Assembly: GCA_032718475.1 (NCBI GenBank)
Contig: JAUCBJ010008528.1
Span: 1-64,000 of the forward strand
Direction: 5' to 3'
DNA: 64,000 bases
Source of the DNA: Nemertoderma westbladi
Taxonomy: Eukaryota; Animalia; Xenacoelomorpha
Shown here: positions 37,288 through 48,958 of the stretch, one piece after another
Layout of the letters: each line of letters opens with the position of its first letter
Position numbering within the stretch: the first letter of the stretch is position 1
Notes under the pieces: model-generated
Database searches by the model: none
What the model saw: only the letters and a program-made list of their open reading frames with translations
Told to the model about the DNA's origin: nothing
Position numbers and translations under genes: made by a program

Positions 37288-37719
37288 ATGAGAATCACAA
37301 TACGAATTCTCCGAGACCTAGACAACGAACTAAAGGAAGAGTTATCGCCCACGTTGACCATCGCTGAACTCAAACAACTACTGGAGAGATTAGCGAAAGT
37401 TCCAGTAGAAGATCAGAGAGTTATGTTCCAGGGGAAACCGTTGACAATTTCAACAAAAACGTTGGGAGAATATGGAATAAACAGGGATGATCTTAAAATA
37501 ATAGTTTCTATTAAACCTAAAATTGTACAAGAACCAGTCGCCGAAAGGAGTAAGTTGGAAAGCTCTCTGGAACTCGTGTTACGTAAACATTACGGGTCTC
37601 AGGAAGTTGACAGGATACTTCGGGAGGTTGATAATGTAATCGGTGGCCATTTGGATCAGTTGTCCTGGGACGATATAGAGAGGATGTGTTCCGATGTGAG
37701 AGAGTCGGCTGATAGGTAG
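37288..37719 (+). CDS. UBL4A: Ubiquitin-like protein 4A (GET5)-like, intronless
   Basis: N-terminal Ubl domain (VPVEDQRVMFQGKPL..LGEYGI) and C-terminal TUGS-like LSWDDIER motif; 143 aa. Confidence 0.85.
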   Translation: MRITIRILRDLDNELKEELSPTLTIAELKQLLERLAKVPVEDQRVMFQGKPLTISTKTLGEYGINRDDLKIIVSIKPKIVQEPVAERSKLESSLELVLRKHYGSQEVDRILREVDNVIGGHLDQLSWDDIERMCSDVRESADR

Positions 37720-38149
37720 CACGTCGTAGTCTATTGTAGTTCTAATTACATTAAATATTTGGTGTCGATGAATACATTTTAAACTATAAATAGTAAACTC
37801 TTACTCGCGGCTGTCTTTGTTTTTTTTGGACGAATTACAATAGAAATGTCATAATTTGTCAACATTTAATTCAGTATACCCTTTTTTACTATTCATATAT
37901 GGGAAAGGGGTGGGGGTTACTCCACAGGACAAGTTACATCTTCGTGGGGAATGATTATAAAGCCAATGTGAAACTACAACCAGTGTTATAAGATTGACTC
38001 GTTTATTGTTTTGGTTATAATAAGCTGCCACACTTCCGGTTGGGTGCAATCTTCGCCATGGAGATACCTTCACCTGCAGGCAATCCTCGTCCACTACCTT
38101 CACCTGCAGGCAATCCTCGTCCACTATTTATCAATTAAGCTCTACGTAC

Positions 38150-38610
38150 GGCTTGCTTGAGCACGTGGATATCTTCTGCTACTTGGGATCCTGGATCAGA
38201 AAGTCAGGTGAAGACCTTCGGATACGTAAGGGGAAGGCATGGGCAGTGTTAAATAGTCTGTCCAGGATTTGGAACTTCCATAGAATAAAACGGAACCTTA
38301 ATGTTCGATTATTTATGGCAGCAATAGTAAAAGTACTCTTATATGGGAGTCCATGCTCTAAATGCAGATGATACCAAATCTCTGGATGGCACTTTCACAA
38401 GAATGCTGCGTCGGGTTCATTGTGTCAACTACAATGAACACATCTCCAACCAGACTCTATAGAACATTGGAGGTGTTCCATTAGTCTCCCCCAGCCTGAC
38501 ACGTGAACGGAACCGCCTCCGCTTTGCAGGACATTGCTTTTGCCGTGAGGACCAGCCAGTGCATAACTTTGTGCTTTGGCGCCCTCATGGAGCGAATAAG
38601 CATGGTGGAC
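38150..38610 (+). mobile_element. Degraded 3' fragment of an RTE-like LINE reverse transcriptase
   Basis: LEHVDIFCYLGSWI..LRIRKGKAW..LSRIW..RLFMAAI..VLLYGS; downstream R.RFAGHC-like remnant. Confidence 0.7.
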
Positions 38611-38614
38611 ACCT

Positions 38615-41200
38615 CCCACCTCTAGTAGATGTCAATGTTACTCCAACCCATGTCGAAGCTGTGGCTCGGAAACTGCAGGGAGGCGCTGGACCAGGTGGGG
38701 ATGATGCTTCACTCTGGCAGGACATGTTGCTAAGACAAGGGTCACAGAGTCTGCGTTTGAGTGAAGCAGTAGCATCTCTCGCTCGGAGACTTGCAAAAAA
38801 CATTATAGAGTGGGGTTCAGTTAGGGCTCTAATGTCCAATCGGCTAATCGCACTTGATATATGTCCAGGGGTTCGCCACATTGGGATTGGGGAATCCCTC
38901 CGCCGAGTACTTGGTACGTGTTTGGCACTAGCTACCCGTGATGACGTGGAACAGCTCTGTGGGTCTGATCACCACCAAGGACAAGGTTGTGGAGTGTTGC
39001 TAATCGACGCAAAGAATGCATTTAACAGTGTTAATCGAGTAACAGCAATATGGCATATCAGGATATTGTGGCCCAGGTGTTCAAGGTTTATATTTAACGC
39101 CTACAGCGGATATGCTCACCTAATTGTGCATGGTGAAACAGGCGCTACTTGGACTCTGAGCAGAGAGGGGTTTACTCAGGGGGACCCCCTGTCAATGCTG
39201 GGATATCGTGTAGATCTCTACCCACTGATTGATAGGTTGCGAAGCCCAGATTGGATACAGTTATATGGTATGCAGATGATAGCCAAAATACAGCCCTCTA
39301 GCGAGAGACTGAGGATTTGATGGTGTCTGGAAGTCCCTAAAAAATAAAACTTATGGTCTTATTGATGCCTACTAATTTTAGACTTGGAAGCTTTAAATCC
39401 GACGAAGTTATAAGTAAGTTAAAATCGTAGCGACGATGATGACATACAGTACCATTATTGAATGAACTATTTGCCATAATTTACCTACCCCCCTAAGAAA
39501 AGAGATAGCGTCAGTTCGCAAAGGCTCCACCAACTACATGGCTCGGACCCTATACCCCATGCTATAAAATGTATACGATCGATATACAATTATATATTAA
39601 TCCGCTAGGTGGTGTCAAATTATTATTCTGCAATTTCGTACTTGTACAGTACAGCAGTACCGTACCGGTAGGCCTATGTCATTACTTCGGAGTCTCTAGC
39701 CGATCCCCAATTAAATATCTTAACTTTTCAATTTCGTAGAAGATAGACTTTATGATTCTCTACCAGTAACCAAAATTTTAGCTCTGGAAAATGAGGCGTT
39801 CCCGAGAAATTTAACATTTTCTAAAAACCACATAATCTGCCGTAGCTGACGTCAGACTGCATGATTTTTCACCAAATTTTCTAAACTTTCCCTCTACTAC
39901 TTACCTACTAAGTTTGGTTCAATTTCGAATCAGCGATGCCGAGAAATTCGCGTTCAAAGATTTACCAGACAGACAGACGGACATGCCCCATTTGCCCTAT
40001 ATGAACCGTATGCCAAGGCTCGCCGACATTGAACGGTTGTCAACCATTGCAACCAACCCCAAGCTGCCTATAATACTGCACTCACTCGATCCCTCCAATT
40101 CGAATGGTCTTCCTCCAGAGAGTGTGCCCTGCTGAGAATGATGAAATTTATGAGCCAATTGAGTGAGCATTAGTCGATTCATTCCTTCCTGCATTACTTG
40201 GTGGTCCAAGTATCCCCCACAGAAAGGGAAATATTCTCCCTGCCAGTACGATCAGCTGATCTCTCCCTAATAAACCCGTGCAAAACTGCAAATGCTGCTT
40301 ACACTATACATCAAGGGCTGCAACCGAAACTGCATGTTCTGCAATCAAACAGCGGATTACTTTAGACTTGCATCAGCATCCAATCAATAATGTCTAGCTA
40401 GCCAGAAAAAATCACAGATCTGTAGATACTAATTGTGAGGCTACACTCTTAAGGCTGAAGGATGAGTTTTCTCAAACCCGTCAACGATGAGCTATTGATC
40501 GAGCAGTCAATTCTAAAACTGCAGCATGGCTCACAGTAACTCCCCTAGCTGTCAATCAGTTCGATCTTTCAGCGAACGAATTTCGGGATGGGCTATCATT
40601 AAGGTACGGTCGCCCCTTAGTACGGGATACGCAGGGGGAACTGTTCGCACTCGATTTCCCTGGAACAGCAGTCAGCAGTTCAACCGGAGCCCATAATCAG
40701 AGAGAGTGACGAGGAGCAGCAACACAGGGAGGGACTTCGTGGAGACCTTTCAGTACGGGGATTCTGGCAGCCGCAATGAAGAGCGTTATTCGATATTCGA
40801 GTCATGACTCAGACGCTCCTTCTTATGCCACTCGGCCAGTGTCCTCAGTTCTGTCAGGACCTGAACGAGAGAAGAAACGCAAATACCTTGATGCATGCCT
40901 TCAACTCCAAGCAGATTTCTCTCCACTGGTATTTACTGTCGATGATGGTGTCCTCGCGACAGAGTACAGCATGGTACTAAGGGGGCTGGCAGACTTCCTT
41001 TCAGCCAAGTTGAACAAACCCTACTCGGTCACCATGCGGTACATAACGGTACGCCTGTCTTTCGCCACTCTCCGCGCCACCTGCGCCTGCTTCAGATCCG
41101 GTCGAACCCGCTGGCGCTGTCTCGGGGTCAGTGATGGGGCATCAGTTAGAAGATGTAAGTTTTGATTCCTTTTGTTACTCAAAAACTTTAAAAAAAAGCC
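38615..41200 (+). mobile_element. Second, degenerate CRE-clade retrotransposon with an unrelated insertion at about 39320-39980
   Basis: GGAGPGG, LIALD..PGVRHIGIGESLRR, DAKNAFN, QGDPLSM, frameshifted WYADD; 3' EREKKRKY..FSPLVFTVD..RLSFATLRA; A-rich end. Confidence 0.85.
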
Positions 41201-44170
41201 CCTTCTTTATGGAAAATTTTTCCTGTAGTATTTCCCACCTAAACCATTTTGTTTATCGTTAAATAGTTAGTTTCGGCGTTTAACTAGTAACATTATGCAG
41301 TAGATTTACGTTGAATTACAGCAATTCAAACGGACGAGTTTATCACAATAATCTCCACCGTACCTATTGCTGATTCCATTATCCATTATCTTGGTGATGG
41401 ATTTTAATACTCAATGATAATTGTTGTAAAAAATATTGTAATAATGTTTTGTAATAATAAATAATAATCAATAAAATATAAATATGCTACAAAAAAAAAT
41501 TATTCAACCAAAAAATAAATAAATGCTCCCCAAAACCAATTACTGGTATTCACACCAAAATAAATGACAAAATCCCGAAATAAATACAAATTGTTCCCTA
41601 AATAACGTTAGGTCGCAAAGAACGTCAGCCATTGCCATTTAAAAGAGCAGGTGTTAGTAAAGGAGCAGGTTACAGAGGCGTGTTGGGTAACCAAAACAAT
41701 AAACGAAAGTTAACATGTTACAATATTTTGCAGGTCTTCATAATTGGGTCTTTGTTTTGTACTCACCCGAGGATCGTCGGTATAATAGGCCCCCTATGAT
41801 TAAACATTTTGTTTGATTTATGGAAATAAATAATGAATGAATTTGTATAAATACATTTTCCATAAAATATTTGGTGCTGGAAGAATTGTTTTTGGTTGAC
41901 AAGTAATTATTTTATGGAGATTGAATAATTTGTTTTGAGGTAGGAATAATAATTTTTGGTGAATAAATATGAAGGAAGGGGGGGGGGGGTGAATAATTGT
42001 TAATTGTTTTTTGGTGGAACACAATTGTTTTGGGGGGGTGGGGGGGGATAATTTTTTTGGGGGGATGAATAATTGTTTTTGGTGAGAGGGATATTCAAAA
42101 TTGGGAAATGTAAATTGGTGCTTCAAAAATATATTTGGTGCTAAATAATTTTTTTGGTGTGAAATCATCTAATTTGGGGTGGCATTCAATTACTGGCGAT
42201 TTAAAATCTGCGCCGCCACACACACTTGTGAACGCAGTTCAGTCGTTGCAAACAGAATAGAAATGTAGGTAAAATAAAAGGTAAAATGGCCTCAGTAGTT
42301 TTCAGGATTTGTTTAGGCTTTGTTATAGTACCGGTACGAATAGTTACTGAATGGCATTGCCAGAAAAGATAAACAAATTAAACATAATCAATTAACAAAT
42401 AATAATAAATAAATGGGAGGTGGGCTAATCTACTGCAGCGAGATAGTATAAAGTAAGGTGAAATGGTGTCAGTAGCAATTGACACATTTTCACCTTACTT
42501 TAATCAATTTTATGTTGACAATCAAACAACTTCGCATTATTTAACAGACATAGACAGACATTGTAAATTTTATTTTGTAGACAACATAGTTTATGTTGGA
42601 TAATCCATTTTAAAATACAGTAGATATAATATCTGCAAATTTGTATATTTGTGCTATGCATGAACAGCGTGATATTTGAAATCCAAATTTTATGTTTTAC
42701 TAGACTTGTAAAAAAAAAAAACGTTCTCCCAAAAATGGCGATTTTAATAATAAATATATTTTTGGTGGGGAAGGTGATGACGGGTACTTTTTTATAAAAA
42801 TGTTAATCATTATTATACTGTAGTGCCAGTATTTTAATCACTGCCAATGTGTAGAATACCAGTTCATTTTCGGTCGAAATTTTATTGGAATTTTGTATAA
42901 AGAATTTGTATTTTTAAAATTTTTCTTCCTTATGTGTTTTATAGCGCTTATTACCTTGCTATCTTATAACCTGTACATACTAATTCGTTTATTGTTTTGG
43001 TTAGATTCAGCCTTGCTGTAAATTGAGATTTTTTATAATACATTGGCATTCTTCACATATTCGTTGCAAAGTGAAACAAAACAGCAGAAAGACCATAATA
43101 AAACTTGAAGGTCAACTTCCCACAAACAGAAAGTAGAAACTGACGAGATTTATGTTGTCAAGTCTAGTATACAGTACTTTACATGGATGGGCCTTAATCG
43201 CTACATTTATACTGTACCATTTAACTTATAATAAAGGGTGAGATGTTTGATGTTAATCTATGAGACAGCCAGTTCTACACTACAGTAGTGTGCCTGTGCA
43301 GGGTGCAGCCACTGGCACTGCCAAGGAGTAATTAAAGATTTGAACGATTCATTTAATTATATGCATAGTTCCCTTCTGAAAACCCATCCACATAATATTA
43401 CGTCTGACTGATCCTATTGTATTGGTATATATATTTGGCTCAACTCTATATTTATCTCACCCAGCACAGACTGATTGCTGCTATATTTTCTACAACTGCA
43501 GTACATCTTTAACGCTGCCAGTGCTTGTGTGTGTTTCCTTACCAACAGCAATTGGCTAATACCCACCCTCTTGCCTACAATAATGGCCAATGCCTTCTTT
43601 GCTGCAGTATACAATTTCCCCCTTTAACATTTATTCACCTTCCCTTCATGTTGTAATGCTGGTGTGGGTTTGGCCTCCTACACTCTTCTAAATATAGCAC
43701 AGATATGCTATTTATAGAATAAAATAGCAAGGAGGCATTGACTCCTGGTACGTGCCTGGTATATTCAGTAGTAGCTGGCCAGGCATATCTCCCTGTTATG
43801 GCTACAATGCAATGTATTTATATCTTATGTTTCGATGGCCTGCCATTAATATTTCTAAGTAAACTTTAAAGCAGTTGTCGTTATTGTTTTATAATTATTT
43901 ATATTTAGTATGTGGATATTATTTGAACTTCAAATATTAATTTACTTAATATTCAAGCTCTAGGTGTAATATTTTATTGTAATAACATTTATACCGGTAG
44001 GCTTTTTAAATGAATAATGCTTTTGTAAATTAACAATCTGTTAATTAATGCTAAGGTATTTGCTCCAGTCCAGCCACCTTGACTACCGCATTAACACTAA
44101 CACATATTACAGTCTTGACTTAAACTTATTTAATTAATATAATATCGATATATAGGAGTAATACACGGTG

Positions 44171-44183
44171 ATGGATGTCAAAG
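44171..44183 (+). CDS. Candidate first coding exon of the class IIa HDAC (MDVK)
   Basis: ATGGATGTCAAAG|gtatgt; phase 1 matches the acceptor at 45765. Confidence 0.35.
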
Positions 44184-44353
44184 GTATGTAAATCAGCTGT
44201 ATAATTGATATTTTGTTGAACTTTATAGACACTAACATAACTAATCGAACGCTCACACAACTTTATAGTCCGTTCAAACAACTTTATACTACGGTCACAC
44301 ACCTTTTAGTCAGTCAGCTCATACAGCTTTATAATCAGCTCATTCAACTTTAT

Positions 44354-44684
44354 ATGTAATGTAAATGGTTTTGTTCAGAAGAGGAAAAAACGAGAAGGCG
44401 CGTCACCGGGGGTTGAACCTGCGCTATACGTACGTTTCAGCCTATCAGGCCTCATCAGTAGCGCTAACCAGCTGAGAATATATATAGAATATATGCAATT
44501 TTAAGACTGCCCGTTCAATAGAAGTGGATTAGGTGGGAGTGTGAGTGTCAGGGGCTAGTGGCTGAGCTCGTTCGCGCTACTAATGAGGCCTGTTAGGCCG
44601 AAAAGTACGTATAGCGCTGGTTCAACCCCCGGTGACGCGCTTTCTCATTTTTTCCACTTCTGAAGAAAACCATTTACATTACAT
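44354..44684. mobile_element. Palindromic MITE-like element with ~120-bp inverted arms
   Basis: atgtaatgtaaatggtttt...gtagcgc versus gcgctac...aaaaccatttacattacat; A/B-box-like motifs in the arms. Confidence 0.8.
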
Positions 44685-44699
44685 CATTAAATGCAGTTG

Positions 44700-44920
44700 C
44701 AACAGCTCATCTCCAATTTATTTAACTTTATACTACACTCACCCAACTTTATAATCCTCCCATACAACTTTATACTACATTCACACAACTTTATAATCCT
44801 CCCATACAACTTTATACTACACTCACACAACTTTATAATCATCCCATACAACTTTATACTACACTCACACAACTTTATAATCCTCCCATACAACTGTATA
44901 CTATGCTCACACAGCTTTAT
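44700..44920. repeat. 21/42-bp minisatellite (..CAACTTTATA..)
   Basis: tactacactcacacaactttataatcctcccatacaacttta repeated; degenerate copies also at 44250-44352. Confidence 0.9.
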
Positions 44921-45764
44921 CGATAATCATTCAAAAATATTTATAGAAAACATATTAAAACTAAATATAAGAGAAAATATTATTTATAACACTTTGTTTA
45001 TTACGATTATTAAACTTTGAAAGTTACAACCAGAAGTGATTGATGGGTAACTGGCCATAAGTCGTAGGTCATGACCGGATAAACACGCTCAGAATGTTGA
45101 AGGTAGGGATAGTGAAATTAAATGTAAAACAAAATTTAAATTATTGTTAAATCACTGACTCCTTCGGTCTAGCCTCCAAGATCGAGTGATAATGCCCTTG
45201 CAATAAATAATTAAGGTTTGTATATATAGATAGTATATATTAAGAATGAAATACGGAGTGTATATTTATGTGAGTTGTGGATAAATTAAAATGTGTGTGC
45301 ATTTATTTTTTATTACAGAATTATTGAATTGGTTGGAATAAATCTGAGGGCTTATTTTTCTTATGTTTCTCCCCATCATATGAGAATTCCGGGTTTACAC
45401 TTTTCGGTTTAAATTTTATTGAATTTCTATAAATTGAGAATTTGTATTTTTCAACTCTCTCCTTATTAACTGTTTCATGGCACAAATTCCTATCTTATAA
45501 CTTACCTATACAGATTCTAAATATGTTTATTGTTTTAAAAATTATTTAAAATTTTGAATTTTTTGTTTTAGGGAAAATTTTTAGAGGTATTAATTGGGCT
45601 TAGAGTTGGTTTTGCATTTTTTTATTTTTATCTAATATATCAGAAAGTCTGGTCAATTTCACATGGGCCGTGATTCTTATTAAAAAGTAAGTACGAATTT
45701 ATTTTACCGCTGGCGTCGTGACCCCGGTCTTCATTTTTTGGGCCTATTATATTACTTATTGCAG

Positions 45765-46084
45765 GGACTGATTTACCAAAAACTTCTGATACCTCCCAAA
45801 ATGGAAACCGGGAATCCAGCAACCAACAGGAAACCTGTGAACAACCTAACATCCATCCGTCTAGCAACCAACAACCTAGCAACCAACTATTTTTCAACCC
45901 ATTGCTAAGCAACCCACTCCCTAGCACCAGTCTAGACCAGCAACCCCCGTCATCCCAGGCATTGCTTGGGGATTTCAGCTTAGAACTGTTACAACGTCAA
46001 CAAGACCAGGAACGCATGCGGTTGCAGGGAGAGTTCCTTATGAAGGAAGCACGACTAGCGGAACAACACAAAATACAATTCGAT
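45765..46084 (+). CDS. HDAC4: Class IIa HDAC (HDAC4/5-like) exon, Gln-rich N-terminal region
   Basis: ttgcag| acceptor; open frame to LLQRQQDQERMRLQGEFLMKEARLAEQH; |gtaagt donor, phase 0. Confidence 0.7.
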
Positions 46085-46149
46085 GTAAGTTGATGGAGTA
46101 GTGTGGTGCTTGGATTGAGATTAATCATTGCACTGTCAATGTGATGAGA

Positions 46150-47045
46150 TATTGCACTCAGTTGGGTTATTGCACTGAGTTGGGTTATTGCACTGAGTTG
46201 GGTTATTGCACTGAGTTGTGTTATTGCACTGAGTTGTGTTTTTGCACTGAGTTGTGTTATTTCTCTTGAGTTGTGTTATTGCACTGAGTTGTGTTATTGC
46301 ACTGAGTTGGGTTATTTCTCTTGAGTTGTGTTATTGCACTGAGTTGTGTTATTGCACTGAGTTGGGTTATTGCACTGAGTTGTGTTATTGCACTGAGTTG
46401 TGTTTTTGCACTGAGTTGTGTTATTTCTCTTGAGTTGTGTTATTGCACTGAGTTGTGTTATTGCACTGAGTTGGGTTATTGCACTGAGTTGTGTTATTGC
46501 ACTGAGTTGTGTTTTTGCACTGAGTTGTGTTATTTCTCTTGAGTTGTGTTATTGCACTCAGTTGTGTTATTGCACTGAGTTGTGTTATTGCACTGAGTTG
46601 TGTTATTGCACTGAGTTGTGTTATTGCACTGAGTTGTATTATTGCATTGAGTTGTGATATTGCACTGAGTTGTGTTATTAAACTGAGTTGTGTTATTGCA
46701 CGGAGTTGTGTTATTGCACTGAGTTGTGTTATTGCACTGAGTTGTGTTATTGCACTGAGTTGTGTTATTACACTGTGTTGTGTTATTGCACTGAGTTGTG
46801 TTATTGCACTGAGTTGTATTATTGCATTGAGTTGTGATATTGCACTGAGTTGTGTTATTAAACTGAGTTGTGTTATTGCACGGAGTTGTGTTATTGCACT
46901 GAGTTGTGTTATTACACTGAGTTGTGTTATTGCACTGAGTTGTGGTATTGCACTGAATTGTGTTATTGCACTGAATTGTGTTATTGCACTGAATTGTGTT
47001 ATTGCACTGAATTGTGTTATTGCACTGAATTGTGTTATTGCACTT
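46150..47045. repeat. 18-bp minisatellite (GAGTTGTGTTATTGCACT)n, ~50 copies, intronic
   Basis: Direct tandem array. Confidence 0.97.
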
Positions 47046-47280
47046 AATTTAGTTATTTCAATTTAGGATTGATCATACATTTGGTACAAAGTACTTTACA
47101 ATATTCTTATCCTCGTATATTTATTTCCACTCACTCACTCGCTTCGTTCGTCATGCCACTAAGAAATCATCTCGCTTCAACGCACTGTAAATTGCTAACT
47201 TTACACACAATAATGTAAACAGATATTGTACGTACTAAAGTAGGTTAAAAAGCTGGTTAAAAAATGTTTTTATCACTCAG

Positions 47281-47486
47281 ATAATAATGCAACTCCGCCA
47301 TGATAAAGAGCACCGTTTAAGGGATGATGTGACTGCCTGCCAGAGGGCGCTGAGTAAAGACAAGTCTGAAGAAAGTGCCGAGGCCAGTCCAGCAGTGAAG
47401 CGGCGGCTACAGGAATCCATATTGATGAAACACGCCGCTAGGCGGCAAAATACTGAAGGTGGAAGAGGAAAGATGCGCCATCAATT
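47281..47486 (+). CDS. HDAC4: HDAC4/5-like exon with MEF2-binding motif (copy A)
   Basis: KDKSEESAEASPAVKRRLQESILMK resembles HDAC4/5 KEKxKESAxASTEVKxxLQEFxLxK; AG/GT ends, phase 0 to 2. Confidence 0.85.
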
Positions 47487-47524
47487 GTAAGTTTTTGGTA
47501 TTTGAGAATTAATTCTACTTTTAG

Positions 47525-47730
47525 ATAAAAAAGCAACTCCGCCATGATAAAGAGCACCGTTTAAGGGATGATGTGACTGCCTGCCAGAGGGCGCTGAGTA
47601 AAGACAAGTCTGAAGAAAGTGCCGAGGCCAGTCCAGCAGTGAAGCGGCGGCTACAGGAATCCATATTGATGAAACACGCCGCTAGGCGGCAAAATACTGA
47701 AGGTGGAAGAGGAAAGATGCGCCATCAATT
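47525..47730 (+). CDS. HDAC4: Tandem duplicate of the MEF2-binding exon (copy B)
   Basis: Identical to copy A except IKK for IIM; ttctacttttag| acceptor, |gtaagt donor; offset 244 bp. Confidence 0.55.
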
Positions 47731-48730
47731 GTAAGTTTTTGGTATTTGAGAATTAATTCTACTTTTAGATGAGGATTTATTCCCCAGGGGGCCGTTCATT
47801 ACATTTTTTCGATTCCATTTAAATTTTTAACGATTTTCAAAATATTAAATTCACCTTTCTTCCTGATATTTACGGGCTCTTTTAACTATTTTGCAGACAC
47901 CCTTGAAAGAAAGAAAGTATTATCTTTCCAGAACTTTTTCGTAACTATTGATTTTATTTTTTAATATTCATTCATTATTACCATTACACTTAGGTCCTAT
48001 CTTGATGTTGTGGTTAAATCCTCACCTCTGGCTACAGGTGGCGTTGGTTGGATCCCCGCATGGTGACCGAGGGAGTTCTACTTTCGGCGCGAACCCGCGA
48101 ATGTTTTAATGTGATTAGCCGTGTCATGTCCAACTAGCATCCGTAAATGGTAGTTATATGCGTACTGGAGTTTCCTATGGAGAGCTGCCGAAAATAAACT
48201 TTTTTCTTTTCTTTTTTCTTATTTTTCTGAAATTTTCGTAACCATTGTGAAGAAATTCATATGTTCTACGATTTCTCATTGATCAATACGCCGTATAATA
48301 AATAATCAACAACCATGGCTAACAGCAGGTTGACATACTGACATAATAGACAATATCAATACATCATATTATTTAGTTCGCGTCTGTTACTTACATTAAT
48401 TATTGTTTATTTATTGATTTAATAATTACTAGCTGAGAATATGAGCATGATGCATGAGAATAAGCCAAACCACGCCATCGAGTGCAAAATTCAATACACA
48501 ACGGAAGAATAACTTGATTTCGGCCAAAATAAACTTTTCCGAGTTTAATCAAATTCTCTATTTATTCTGAAAAAGTGAACTAGTTAAGGAATTCCAATTT
48601 AATATTCACATCAACTTCATTCTGTTTAATTCACTTCGAGGAGACAGAAGTCGTAGCGTAAAGGATGTAATTTAGTTAAACTTAATATAAAATTTGCAGC
48701 AACAATTTACTGCCGTATTTAAATTGACAG

Positions 48731-48954
48731 ATCTGGGGAGCATGTCAGCGTGACTCATCGGCCCTACCCTGCTGTGTCTAGCAACCACCCGCTAAGGAAG
48801 TACCATTCGGAACCCAATCTCAAGCAGCGCAAACGGGTATCTAGGGGAACGCAATGTACAGTTTCTACGGTAACTGAGGGAACCGATAGTAATTGGGAAT
48901 ATCCCGTTCGACATCGCAGGAGGTTACAATCTGATACATCAGTTAAAGGTCCAG
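48731..48954 (+). CDS. HDAC4: HDAC4/5-like exon with first 14-3-3 site and NLS
   Basis: PLRKYHSEPNLKQRKR resembles PLRKTASEPNLK; phase 2 to 1, consistent with neighbouring exons. Confidence 0.88.
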
Positions 48955-48958
48955 GTAT

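Noticed and set aside
41960-42070. G-runs as a functional G-quadruplex or ORF
   Set aside because: Looks like a low-complexity MITE subterminal region; no further support
46321-47066. Cys-rich LSCVIA/TELCYC repeat proteins
   Set aside because: Artefact of the 18-bp minisatellite inside an intron
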